A stretch of DNA of 32,000 nucleotides from an uncultured Candidatus Saccharimonas sp. (GTDB lineage: Bacteria; Patescibacteriota; Saccharimonadia; Saccharimonadales; Saccharimonadaceae): contig CAURWT010000001.1 in the NCBI GenBank assembly GCA_963528875.1, forward strand, positions 210,001 through 242,000, in the 5' to 3' direction. The position numbers and the translations under genes are program-made. Positions 16,074 through 24,277 of the stretch are shown here, piece by piece (position 1 is the first letter of the stretch; each line of letters starts with the position of its first letter). The notes under the pieces are model-generated. The model had not been told where the DNA came from. It made no database searches and saw only the letters and a list, made by a program, of their open reading frames with translations.

Positions 16074-16541
16074 TTAAACATTTGTTGGAGGAATACCGTT
16101 AGCTCCGTTTGAGCCACTGCCGAAACCAGTTCCGGCTCCTCCTAAGAATAAGCTAATAATGAAGTTGATGATCGCATAAGAAAGCATTGCGATAATTAAG
16201 CCAATGATCGCATAAAGAATTGTATTTTTTGCAGCATCAACCTTTTTCGAATCACCGTTTGATAGTATATATCGTAAACCGCCATAAATCAACATTATAA
16301 CGCTTAAAATTCCAACTGCAAAAAGCATCATATTCACCATCTGGGTGAAAATTCCAGTGTTGCCTTCACCAAAAAGTTGAGTTGGAACACCTTCGCCACG
16401 GCCTTTATCAGCTCCGCCTTGAACGCCACCGCTAAATATTCCACCGGTTGCAAAAGCATTTAATGCCAAGAAAGTTGCAGGAAATGTAGAAGATACAAAA
16501 CCGCTGATTGAGATTTTCGAAACTTGTTTAAAATTCTTCAT
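16074..16541 (-). CDS. TrbC/VirB2-like type IV secretion pilin-family protein
   Basis: It has a signal peptide (…ALNAFA). Two hydrophobic helices are separated by a short charged loop (GGLRYILSNGDSKKVDAAKNTILYAIIGL), the layout typical of the VirB2-like pilins abundant in CPR genomes. The C-terminal tail is glycine-rich. Confidence 0.65.
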   Translation of the reverse strand: MKNFKQVSKISISGFVSSTFPATFLALNAFATGGIFSGGVQGGADKGRGEGVPTQLFGEGNTGIFTQMVNMMLFAVGILSVIMLIYGGLRYILSNGDSKKVDAAKNTILYAIIGLIIAMLSYAIINFIISLFLGGAGTGFGSGSNGANGIPPTNV

Positions 16542-16550
16542 AATGGCTAT

Positions 16551-16579
16551 ATTATAGCAAAAAAAGTGATTTTTGTCAA
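16551..16579 (-). promoter_or_regulatory. pilin-gene promoter TTGACA-17-TATAAT, 9 nt from ATG
   Basis: The reverse complement of 16574-16579 is TTGACA and of 16551-16556 is TATAAT. The ATG is at 16541 and there is no SD. Confidence 0.6.
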
Positions 16580-16584
16580 TGCTC

Positions 16585-16613
16585 TTGTGTTTTTTGAAAA
16601 AATTTGATAAAAT
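16585..16613 (+). promoter_or_regulatory. tRNA-Ser(GCU) promoter (TTGTGT-17-TGaTAAAAT)
   Basis: -10 lies at 16608-16613 with an extended TG. The tRNA 5' end is at 16623. Confidence 0.5.
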
Positions 16614-16622
16614 AGAAATATT

Positions 16623-16715
16623 GGAGGATTACCCAAGTGGCTGAAGGGGACGGTTTGCTAAATCGTTAGTCTGGGGAAACCTGGAGCGGGAGTTCGAATC
16701 TCCCATCCTCCGCCA
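16623..16715 (+). tRNA. tRNA-Ser (anticodon GCT)
   Basis: Acceptor GGAGGAT pairs with ATCCTCC. The anticodon loop is TTGCTAA. It has a long variable arm, T-loop AGTTCGAATCT, and an encoded CCA. Confidence 0.9.
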
Positions 16716-16723
16716 GAGAAAAT

Positions 16724-16750
16724 AGTTCGCAATAGCGGACTTTTTTCTTT
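16724..16750 (+). terminator. terminator after tRNA-Ser
   Basis: AGTTCGC-AATA-GCGGACT (one G-U pair) is followed by TTTTTTCTTT. Confidence 0.6.
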
Positions 16751-16771
16751 CAAAAAAATGTAAATTTGATG

Positions 16772-18007
16772 TTATTGAGTATTATCAATCTCATTTTCAA
16801 TATCTGATTTAGCTTTTTGATATTTATCCATTTCTTGGTTACTAATTAGGCCATGCGCGTGCAAGAAAGATGAGAGTTCGGCTGATTTTAATAGCGAATA
16901 ATATTGCATATTTTGTATTTTTTCAAAACATGTATTATTTTCTCGATTATGTCCTTTTTGAGATAGTCTTGATATGACTTTATCAATTTTTTTAGCGATA
17001 TTCATATAATATTCTCGTAAGTTTTCAGTATTTTTTCTGTCTTCTGGTGACTTGAAATATCCTTTGTCTCGGATATCCTTAATAAAACCACTTACAAGCG
17101 GTTCTCGCTCAACGATATTCATTGATAGCGATGCGTATTTCGATAAATTGCCATCTAATTGACCCCAAGTTGGGTCTACATTAGTGATGGCGGTTCCATC
17201 ATGAGTAAAGGTTATGAATTGGTTATATTTATGACCTACAGCAGATTTAGACTTGAAGGGGTTTACGGCATCCCACGGGGATTCACCAACAATTTCTCGA
17301 CAATAGGTGTTGGCAAGGCGAGTTGTTTCTGGATTTTGAACTTTTTTGAGTGCCGTAAAAATGATTTTAGTCATATCGGCATAATTCCTACAAACACCAA
17401 GTGGCGAATCCCCTTCTTTCGATAGGTGCTTCATTATTTCTAAAGTTGACATTCTGTCGGCTTTTCTATGACTGTCAGATACTTCGGAGTTATCATAATT
17501 CTTTAATTTCATAACTATATTCGTACTCAAAAGCATGGCTTGTCGAGGTGATAGCTCTTTCAGATCATTAATATCTTTAATTTCTGATAAATCCATAAGG
17601 TTTTTGTCTGAAGCGCATAATTTTGCTGAAAAATTGGCAACTGCTAAAACAGAATCTCTAGAAATTGAGTTTTGGTATGTTTCTGAGGAGCTGTTGTTGA
17701 ATTTTTCAATCCTATCTTCAGAATAGTCTTTTATTCTCCCTGATAAGATTGTATTTGCGGGTGAATTTTTATAAGCTTCCTTGTGAGCCTCTATTATTGC
17801 CGTATCGGAACGCTCGCCAGGAGTGACCTGCGGGTTAAAATTACTCCTGTTAAAAAATCCATATCTTATGCCATTGTTGAATAGTTCAAGACTTGGCTTA
17901 CTACCAAAGTTGCTAACCTCAATAGATTTATCATTTTCTTGAGAATTATTTTTTGGATTGTCTTCTGCTGACTGAGAAGTTGAGTTTAGATTATTGAAAT
18001 TTTTCAT
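16772..18007 (-). CDS. transglutaminase-like (papain-fold Cys-His-Asp) domain protein, no signal peptide
   Basis: The triad is GVC(206)RNYA...GH(259)KYNQF...VD(278)PTW, which matches the transglutaminase-core pattern G-x-C-x-x-[FY]-A ... H ... D-P-T. The N-terminus is polar and low-complexity. Confidence 0.6.
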   Translation of the reverse strand: MKNFNNLNSTSQSAEDNPKNNSQENDKSIEVSNFGSKPSLELFNNGIRYGFFNRSNFNPQVTPGERSDTAIIEAHKEAYKNSPANTILSGRIKDYSEDRIEKFNNSSSETYQNSISRDSVLAVANFSAKLCASDKNLMDLSEIKDINDLKELSPRQAMLLSTNIVMKLKNYDNSEVSDSHRKADRMSTLEIMKHLSKEGDSPLGVCRNYADMTKIIFTALKKVQNPETTRLANTYCREIVGESPWDAVNPFKSKSAVGHKYNQFITFTHDGTAITNVDPTWGQLDGNLSKYASLSMNIVEREPLVSGFIKDIRDKGYFKSPEDRKNTENLREYYMNIAKKIDKVISRLSQKGHNRENNTCFEKIQNMQYYSLLKSAELSSFLHAHGLISNQEMDKYQKAKSDIENEIDNTQ

Positions 18008-18045
18008 TTTAATATTTTTTGTTTTAACTATTTAATGATAAATTT

Positions 18046-18074
18046 ATTATACTATATAATTGTTAAAAAGTCAA
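18046..18074 (-). promoter_or_regulatory. consensus promoter TTGACT-17-TATAAT for the transglutaminase-like gene
   Basis: The reverse complement of 18069-18074 is TTGACT and of 18046-18051 is TATAAT. The ~38-nt leader is A/T-only with no SD. Confidence 0.6.
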
Positions 18075-18114
18075 TATTATTGTTATGGTTTTTATAAGAA
18101 TATACTCCAAAACC

Positions 18115-18144
18115 AAAAGAGCTCTCATTTTCGAAAGCTCTTTT
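18115..18144 (-). terminator. pnp terminator
   Basis: AAAAGAGCT (18115-18123) pairs with AGCTCTTTT (18136-18144). The loop contains TTCGAA. It lies 7 nt after the pnp stop. Confidence 0.6.
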
Positions 18145-18150
18145 AAAATT

Positions 18151-20277
18151 TTATTGCTTCACGCCTTTCATTGTAAGATTGAGGCGACCTTTTTCATCAA
18201 TTTTATCTAATTTTACCCAAATTTCTTGATCTTGTTTTAAAACATCAGTTACTTTTTCGGTTCGTTTTTCAGATATCTGCGAGATGTGTAGCATTCCGTC
18301 AATTCCCGGCAGGATATTTACGAAAGCGCCAAAATCCTTGATCGAAACCACTTTTCCGCGGTAGATTTTACCGATTTCTGGCTCTTCAACTAAAGATTTA
18401 ATCCAGTTGAGGGCTTTTTCGATTTGCTCGGCATTTGGGCTGGCGATTGTGATTAAGCCATCTTCTTTGATATCAACTTCGGCTCCAGTTTCAGAAGTGA
18501 TTTTATTGATTGTTTCACCACCCTTACCAATAATTGCACCAATTTTATCGGGATTGATTTTAATTTTTTCGATTCGTGGTGCATATGGCGAAAGCTCAGC
18601 TTTTGGCTCAGAAATTACGCTCAGCATATGGCGCAGAATATGTTCGCGGCCTTTGCGAGAAGTTAAAATTGCTTTTTCAAGAACTGAAACTGGTAGGCCA
18701 TGAACTTTCATATCCATTTGTAGCGCGGTAATTCCATTCTTTGAGCCTGTACATTTGAAATCCATATCGCCAGCAAAATCTTCCGCATCGGCAATATCAC
18801 TTAAAATATAAGGTGTTTCACCGTCCATCATTAAGCCCATTGCGATTCCAGAAACAGCATTTTTTATTGGCACACCAGCGCTCATCAAAGCCATGCAGCT
18901 TGAACAAGTTGCTGCCATTGATGTTGAACCGTTCTGGCTCATAATTTCAGTTACGCTACGAATAGCATAAGGGAAATCTTCTTCACTTGGTAAAACCGCT
19001 TCAAGTGCGCGCTGAGCAAGATATCCGTGGCCGATTTCACGTCTACCAGGGCTACCTAATCGACGAGGTTCGCCAACAGTGTATCCAGGAGCATTATAGT
19101 GATGCATATAACGGCGTTCAATTTCATTAAATTCCATTGTATCAACCAGTTGCGAGTATGAAAGTGGTGCAAGTGTCACTATATTCATTGCTTGAGTTAC
19201 ACCACGAGTAAACAAACTCGAACCATGCGCCCGTGGTAGAAAGTCGATTTCGCTTGAAAGCGGGCGGATTTCATCTAAAGCTCGCCCATCTGGTCGTTCA
19301 CCATCTTCCACAATTCCCTTTCGAACGGCTTTATGGACTGCCAAAGTGAAAGCTTCGTCGTAATCTTTTCGGGTTTCTTCATAAGCTTCTTCGCCGAATT
19401 TTTCAAGCATTTCTGTATGGAATTTATTACGAATTTCGGCAATATTTTGGTTATATTTTGGATAAGCTTCACGAATTTCGGAGCCGAATTTTCCTTCTGT
19501 CCAAGCTTCAACTTCTTTTGAGATTTCTTCGTCTGGCAAAATAAGCTCAAATTTTCGTTCTTCAAAATAACCTGCCTCGATATATTTGGCGCGAAGTTCA
19601 TTTTGTAGCTTGATCGCTGGCTGAAAATTATCAAAAGCCCAAGCGAGCCCTGTAATAATTTCTTCTTCAGGAACTTCATTTGCGCCTGCTTCAACCATGG
19701 TAATTCCGCTTTCAATTCCGGCTACAACCAAATCGAGTGAGGAATTTTCGCGCTCCTCAGGATTTAGAAAGGCTTTAAACTCGCCGTTCACTTTACCGAT
19801 TCGAAGTCCGGCTACTGGGCCGTCAAATGGTACACCAGCCAAATTAAGTGCGCTTGAAGCTGCAATCATCGCAATCATATCTGGGCGAAATTCTGGATCG
19901 GCAGAAAGCACGGTTGCAACAACCTGCACTTCTTCACGATATCCTTTTGGAAAGAGCGGCCGAATTGGTCGGTCAATCAAACGTCCGATCAGAATTGCAT
20001 CGTCTGAAGGTCGTCCTTCTCGCTTGATGAATCGTGAGTCAGAAATCCGTCCGCTGGCATACCATTTTTCTTCATAATCAATTGATAGTGGGAAATAATC
20101 CAAAGCCACTGGTTTCGAACCCAGTTGAACTGTTCCCAGAACCACAGTTTCGCCATATTTTGCAATCACGCTCGCAGTTGAACGAAAGCCAACTTTACCA
20201 ACTTCCAGCGTTAATTTTCGCCCCAAAAAATCAGTGCTAACCGAAATTACACTTTTCCCCGTTGGGTTTATAATCAT
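18151..20277 (-). CDS. pnp: polyribonucleotide nucleotidyltransferase (PNPase)
   Basis: It has two RNase PH domains, a KH domain (GKGGETINKI) and an S1 domain (GKIYRGKVVSIKDFGAFV). AAGGAG lies 6 nt upstream of the ATG at 20277. The track start at 20346 adds 23 atypical residues. Confidence 0.93.
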   Translation of the reverse strand: MIINPTGKSVISVSTDFLGRKLTLEVGKVGFRSTASVIAKYGETVVLGTVQLGSKPVALDYFPLSIDYEEKWYASGRISDSRFIKREGRPSDDAILIGRLIDRPIRPLFPKGYREEVQVVATVLSADPEFRPDMIAMIAASSALNLAGVPFDGPVAGLRIGKVNGEFKAFLNPEERENSSLDLVVAGIESGITMVEAGANEVPEEEIITGLAWAFDNFQPAIKLQNELRAKYIEAGYFEERKFELILPDEEISKEVEAWTEGKFGSEIREAYPKYNQNIAEIRNKFHTEMLEKFGEEAYEETRKDYDEAFTLAVHKAVRKGIVEDGERPDGRALDEIRPLSSEIDFLPRAHGSSLFTRGVTQAMNIVTLAPLSYSQLVDTMEFNEIERRYMHHYNAPGYTVGEPRRLGSPGRREIGHGYLAQRALEAVLPSEEDFPYAIRSVTEIMSQNGSTSMAATCSSCMALMSAGVPIKNAVSGIAMGLMMDGETPYILSDIADAEDFAGDMDFKCTGSKNGITALQMDMKVHGLPVSVLEKAILTSRKGREHILRHMLSVISEPKAELSPYAPRIEKIKINPDKIGAIIGKGGETINKITSETGAEVDIKEDGLITIASPNAEQIEKALNWIKSLVEEPEIGKIYRGKVVSIKDFGAFVNILPGIDGMLHISQISEKRTEKVTDVLKQDQEIWVKLDKIDEKGRLNLTMKGVKQ

Positions 20278-20400
20278 ATTTTCTCCTTCTGCCAAATGAG
20301 TTGCAGGAATCTTCTTCGAAAATCTTTCGAAAATAATTTCTACCACACATTCAGCGTTAATTTTACTATTTCATTATAACATTTTTGAGCGAATTTAGCA

Positions 20401-20432
20401 AAAATAAAACCGCCAAGCATTTAAGCGTGGCG
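20401..20432 (-). terminator. rpsO terminator / pnp leader hairpin
   Basis: The minus strand reads CGCCACGC-TTAAAT-GCTTGGCG (one mismatch) followed by GTTTTATTTT. It lies in the rpsO-pnp intergenic region, the site where pnp autoregulatory hairpins sit in other bacteria. Confidence 0.6.
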
Positions 20433-20449
20433 ATTTTACGGTTTTGAAA

Positions 20450-20716
20450 TTATTTTCGCAAACCTAGTTTAGAAACAACAGCTTTGTAGGCTTCAAAATC
20501 TTTTCGTTCAAGATATTTTAGAAGTTTTTTACGGCGACCAACCATTTGCATCAAACCGCGTCGAGCCATGAAGTCGTGCTTGTTTGATTTAAGGTGTTCC
20601 GTCACTTCTTTGATACGAGCCGTCAAGATTGACACTTGTGCCTGTGGCGAACCAACGTCATTCTTTGAAACCTGAGTCAAAGCGATTGCCTTCTCTTTAT
20701 TCTCTTTAGTAATCAT
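20450..20716 (-). CDS. rpsO: 30S ribosomal protein S15
   Basis: The sequence is typical of S15 (SPQAQVSILTARIKEVTEHLKSNKHDFMARRGL). ATG at 20716 gives 88 aa. The track TTG start at 20752 lies inside the -35 box. Confidence 0.92.
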   Translation of the reverse strand: MITKENKEKAIALTQVSKNDVGSPQAQVSILTARIKEVTEHLKSNKHDFMARRGLMQMVGRRKKLLKYLERKDFEAYKAVVSKLGLRK

Positions 20717-20723
20717 CCTGAAT

Positions 20724-20752
20724 ATTCTAACAAATTTTTTTAAAGAAGTCAA
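20724..20752 (-). promoter_or_regulatory. rpsO promoter, leaderless geometry (TTGACT-17-TAGAAT-7 nt-ATG)
   Basis: The reverse complement of 20747-20752 is TTGACT and of 20724-20729 is TAGAAT. The ATG is at 20716. Confidence 0.6.
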
Positions 20753-20777
20753 GCGTTGTATAAAAAATTTTAATTAC

Positions 20778-21047
20778 TTATTTTTTATTAAAAGTTTTTC
20801 GAATAAAATCATCTCGATTTTCTTGATATTGTTTGACTTTTTCTTCACATCTATCCGAAGGATTTTTAATGCATTCTATTTGAGCCTGAGTGAGATTGTT
20901 ATTATGCGTATCTTTCCAAGTTGCAAAATTAACGCCCTCATTCACTCTAAAAAGAAACAAAATAGTTATTATACTAATAATTAAGTTGATAATAATCAAA
21001 ATATTAAAAATTGGTTGCCATTTAATTTTATTAATTTTTTTAGACAT
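20778..21047 (-). CDS. small single-pass membrane protein
   Basis: 89 aa, with an N-terminal TM (WQPIFNILIIINLIISIITILFLF) and two Cys in the ectodomain. SD AGAAAGG lies upstream. Confidence 0.55.
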   Translation of the reverse strand: MSKKINKIKWQPIFNILIIINLIISIITILFLFRVNEGVNFATWKDTHNNNLTQAQIECIKNPSDRCEEKVKQYQENRDDFIRKTFNKK

Positions 21048-21065
21048 AAAAACCTTTCTTGTGAT

Positions 21066-21098
21066 ATATTTAAAAAGAGCAAGTTTGGTGACTTGCTC
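21066..21098 (-). terminator. terminator of the 21118..21489 gene
   Basis: The minus strand reads GAGCAAGT-CACCAA-ACTTGCTC followed by TTTTTAAAT. Confidence 0.7.
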
Positions 21099-21117
21099 AT
21101 GATAAAAGGAGCCAAGA

Positions 21118-21489
21118 TTAGGATATCCAGATTTTATTCCCCCATATCCAATCCCAGTTGGTGCTTACATTTGCTATTGTCCGGCCACCATTAATCCATC
21201 CAGATTTAATGTTGTTTCCCCAGTTTTGACTAGTCCCACCAACACCAACATGCAGTCTATAATCTCTACCTTTGGTGTCGTATCTCCAGCCGGCAATATG
21301 AGGTTCTCTTGTTCTATTTAACTGAGCCCAACCTGAGCCGCCACCTTCGACTTCTACCCATACGCCAACGACCGGTCTTCCGTTACCGTCAACTATTTGA
21401 CCACTAGAAGCTTCTGCTTTTTGTGCTGAAAATGCCAAAGATGCAACTGTTATGCCAGCAAATAATAAACCCTTGAATTTCTTAATCAT
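21118..21489 (-). CDS. small secreted Trp/Gly-rich protein
   Basis: It has a signal peptide with AEA-S cleavage-like site. The mature ~95 aa is rich in W/G/N. SD AAGGAGGA is strong. GC is visibly higher than in the neighbouring genes. Confidence 0.6.
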   Translation of the reverse strand: MIKKFKGLLFAGITVASLAFSAQKAEASSGQIVDGNGRPVVGVWVEVEGGGSGWAQLNRTREPHIAGWRYDTKGRDYRLHVGVGGTSQNWGNNIKSGWINGGRTIANVSTNWDWIWGNKIWIS

Positions 21490-21573
21490 GAGAAATCCTC
21501 CTTAATATAAAAATACTAGTTATATATAAATAACCATAATTATAATATCATATTTATAATTATTTTGTCAATA

Positions 21574-21606
21574 AAAAATCAAGCCAAAACCGCCATTCCC
21601 TGGCGG
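21574..21606 (-). terminator. valS terminator
   Basis: CCGCCA-TTCCC-TGGCGG lies at 21590-21606. On the minus strand it is followed by TTTTGGCTTGATTTTTT. Confidence 0.65.
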
Positions 21607-21614
21607 TGATGCTT

Positions 21615-24173
21615 TTATAAAATTTCGAAAGCTTTTTTAACTTTTTCAAGCTCGGCTTTTTTGTTTGAAAATTCTTCGCGAGTTTCTTCAACCAAATGTG
21701 CTGGTGCTTTTGAAACATAATTTTCATTCGAAAGGCGTTTTTCAAGCAAATTAATTTCGTTCGAAATTTTATTAATTCGTTCGGCGAGTTCGGTTTTATA
21801 TTCAGCCAAAATATCGGTTGGTACATCAAGATAAGCACCTAAACCGCTAGCGGCAAGGCTAAACCCGTGTGGCGCATCTGTTTGGATGATTCCTGGCACG
21901 CGTGAAAGGTGGCGAATAGTTTCAATATTTTTTGCAATTAGTTCATCTTTTTCGAAAACCAAATTATAGCGTTTTTTACCAGGTAGTTCAGCCGTAATCA
22001 GGCGAATTTCACTAACTAAATCTTGGATTCGTTCAAATTGAAGTGCTTCGAATTCGTTAAATTTTAGAGATTCGGCTAGTTTTTCGTTTGCTAAAATTCC
22101 CTCAGTCCAAGGCAGGGTTTGCCAGATAGTTTCAGTCGCAAATGGTGCAAAAGGATGCGTGATTTTAAGACAAGTTTCAAGAACCCAGGCAAGAAGTTCA
22201 GGATTGTCTTGTGTTTTTGAAGCTTCAATATACCAATCGGCTACGGTGCTCCAAATCGTGTGATAAACCGTTTCTGAGGCCTCCGCAAAACGGTAATTTT
22301 GCATATGGTTTTCAATTTCAGCAATGGCCTTATCGAGCTCTCGCACAATCCAGTGATCTGCTGGTGTAAAAGCCTCGGGCTGTTTTGTGCTCTTAATTTC
22401 GCCAACTTTTTCAGAAATAAATCGCGAAATATTCCATAATTTATTACAGAAATTTCGGCCAGCGATAACTTTATTTTTCGAAAATGCCTGATTCTGCCCT
22501 GCCGAACGTGAAGCGATAATTCCAAGGCGGAAAGCGTCGGAGCCAAACTCGGCAATTACGTCCATTGGGTTAATCACATTTCCCTTTGATTTGCTCATTT
22601 TTTGGCCATGCTCATCAAGAACCATTCCGTGTAAGTAAACTTCGCGGAATGGAATTTGCCCTGTGCAGTAAATTCCTAGCATAATCATTCGTGAAATCCA
22701 AGGAAAAATCAAATCATGACCAGTTTCCATTACACTGTTTGGATAGAATTTCGAAAGCTCACCGCCCTCCAAAAAATCGGTTGTAATAAATGGCCATTGA
22801 CCGCTCGAGAACCAAGTATCGAGCGTATCTTCATCACGCTTATAAATTTTGCCGTTAACTTCAATTTGTGATTCATGTACGCGCTCATCAAAAATCCAAT
22901 CAGTTGGATCTTCAATATTTTGAAAAGCCGGAATTGGAATTCCCCAAGGGATTTGACGTGAAATGTTCCAATCGCGAATATTTTTCAAGTATTCCGCTAA
23001 AACATTTTTCTTATTTTCTGGCGTAAATTTAATTTCATTATTCTCAAGAGCTTCAAGAGCTTTTTTTGCTAAAGGTTTAGTTGAAATAAACCACTGCTCT
23101 TTAACAAGCGGCTGAATTGGCTCTCCAGATTTATAATCATATCCAACAACATGAGTAATATCTTCTTCTTTAAACAATGCATTGATTTTTCGAAGATCTT
23201 CAAGAATCTTCTTACGCGCCTCTAACACTTCTAAGCCAGCATATTTACCTGCATTTTCGGTCATTTTTCCGTCAAATCCAATTACTTGAATTTTTGGCAA
23301 GTTGTGGCGATTGCCAACTTCGAAATCATTTGGATCGTGGAATGGTGTAATTTTAACAACGCCAGTTCCAAATTGTGGGTCGGCATATTCATCAGCGATA
23401 ATTTTGATTTCACGATTTATTAAAGGTATGCGAACTTTTTTACCAATCAGATTTTCATATCTTTCATCTTCTGGATTAACCGCAAGAGCTGTGTCGCCGA
23501 GCATTGTTTCAGGGCGGGTTGTTGAAACGAGCATATATTCGCTTATTCCACCAAACTCATCAAGAACTGGGTACGCAATCGTCCAGAGTTTCCCCTTCTC
23601 TTCTTTATAATCTACCTCAATATCAGCATAAGAAGTTTGATATTTTGTTGAATAATTAACAATGCGCTCACCTCTGTAAATCAAGCCATCGTTCCACATT
23701 TTTTCGAAAGTTTTATAAACGCGATTAACTACTTTTTCATCTAATGTAAAAGTGAGGTTTTTCCAGCTAGCACCGGCTCCTAAAGCACGCAATTGGAGTT
23801 CCATATTTCCGCGTTGACTTGCTACGAAATCCCAAACATTTTTATAAAGTTCATCACGAGAATAATCTAAGCGACTCTTCCCTTCAGCGTTCAAAAGGCG
23901 TTCATAAACAACCCAAGTTTCGAAGCCCGCGTGGTCGGCGCCAGGTAAATAAATTGCGTCATAACCCTTCATTTTGTGATAACGCACTAAAATATCTTCA
24001 ACCGCAGCCATTAGCCCGTGGCCGATATGAAGATTTCCATTTGCATTTGGTGGCGGCATTACGATTGAATATTTTGGGCCAACTCCACTGCTTTCGAAAG
24101 CGCCAGATAGCTCCCATAAATTATAAATTTCAGGTTCGTAATTATTCGGTTCGTAAGTCTTTGTAATTTTCAT
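21615..24173 (-). CDS. valS: valine--tRNA ligase
   Basis: HIGH motif PNANGNLHIGH, KMSKS motif KMSKSKGN, an editing-domain insertion, and a C-terminal coiled coil. Confidence 0.95.
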   Translation of the reverse strand: MKITKTYEPNNYEPEIYNLWELSGAFESSGVGPKYSIVMPPPNANGNLHIGHGLMAAVEDILVRYHKMKGYDAIYLPGADHAGFETWVVYERLLNAEGKSRLDYSRDELYKNVWDFVASQRGNMELQLRALGAGASWKNLTFTLDEKVVNRVYKTFEKMWNDGLIYRGERIVNYSTKYQTSYADIEVDYKEEKGKLWTIAYPVLDEFGGISEYMLVSTTRPETMLGDTALAVNPEDERYENLIGKKVRIPLINREIKIIADEYADPQFGTGVVKITPFHDPNDFEVGNRHNLPKIQVIGFDGKMTENAGKYAGLEVLEARKKILEDLRKINALFKEEDITHVVGYDYKSGEPIQPLVKEQWFISTKPLAKKALEALENNEIKFTPENKKNVLAEYLKNIRDWNISRQIPWGIPIPAFQNIEDPTDWIFDERVHESQIEVNGKIYKRDEDTLDTWFSSGQWPFITTDFLEGGELSKFYPNSVMETGHDLIFPWISRMIMLGIYCTGQIPFREVYLHGMVLDEHGQKMSKSKGNVINPMDVIAEFGSDAFRLGIIASRSAGQNQAFSKNKVIAGRNFCNKLWNISRFISEKVGEIKSTKQPEAFTPADHWIVRELDKAIAEIENHMQNYRFAEASETVYHTIWSTVADWYIEASKTQDNPELLAWVLETCLKITHPFAPFATETIWQTLPWTEGILANEKLAESLKFNEFEALQFERIQDLVSEIRLITAELPGKKRYNLVFEKDELIAKNIETIRHLSRVPGIIQTDAPHGFSLAASGLGAYLDVPTDILAEYKTELAERINKISNEINLLEKRLSNENYVSKAPAHLVEETREEFSNKKAELEKVKKAFEIL

Positions 24174-24242
24174 ATTTCCCTTTAAAATCGCATTTATTCA
24201 ACAACATTTCACACGAAAGTTAAACTGTGCGAAATTCTACAT

Positions 24243-24271
24243 TTACAATTATACCACATTCGGTGTATAAT
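24243..24271 (+). promoter_or_regulatory. FemAB-like gene promoter, leaderless geometry (TTACAA-17-TATAAT-6 nt-ATG)
   Basis: -10 lies at 24266-24271. The ATG is at 24278 and there is no SD. Confidence 0.55.
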
Positions 24272-24277
24272 ATAAAT

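Noticed and set aside
18140-19315. Using every TTCGAA-free stretch as evidence of horizontal transfer
   Set aside because: A ~1.2-kb motif-free gap occurs inside the core gene pnp. Gaps of 1-1.5 kb (the transglutaminase-like gene, the LRR half of the surface protein, the small secreted protein) are therefore not individually significant. Only the 3.4-kb gap over the RM island is.
18407-20240. Internal and alternative-frame ORFs within pnp (18407..18703, 19275..19715, 19333..19521, 19697..20077, 20034..20240)
   Set aside because: All are embedded in the PNPase gene, whose frame is validated by RNase PH, KH and S1 motifs.
21560-21838. 92-aa minus-strand ORF overlapping the valS 3' end and terminator, plus internal valS ORFs (22241..22555, 22730..22915, 23302..23610, 23819..24166)
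   Set aside because: They are alternative frames of valS. The 21560 ORF runs through the valS terminator hairpin.
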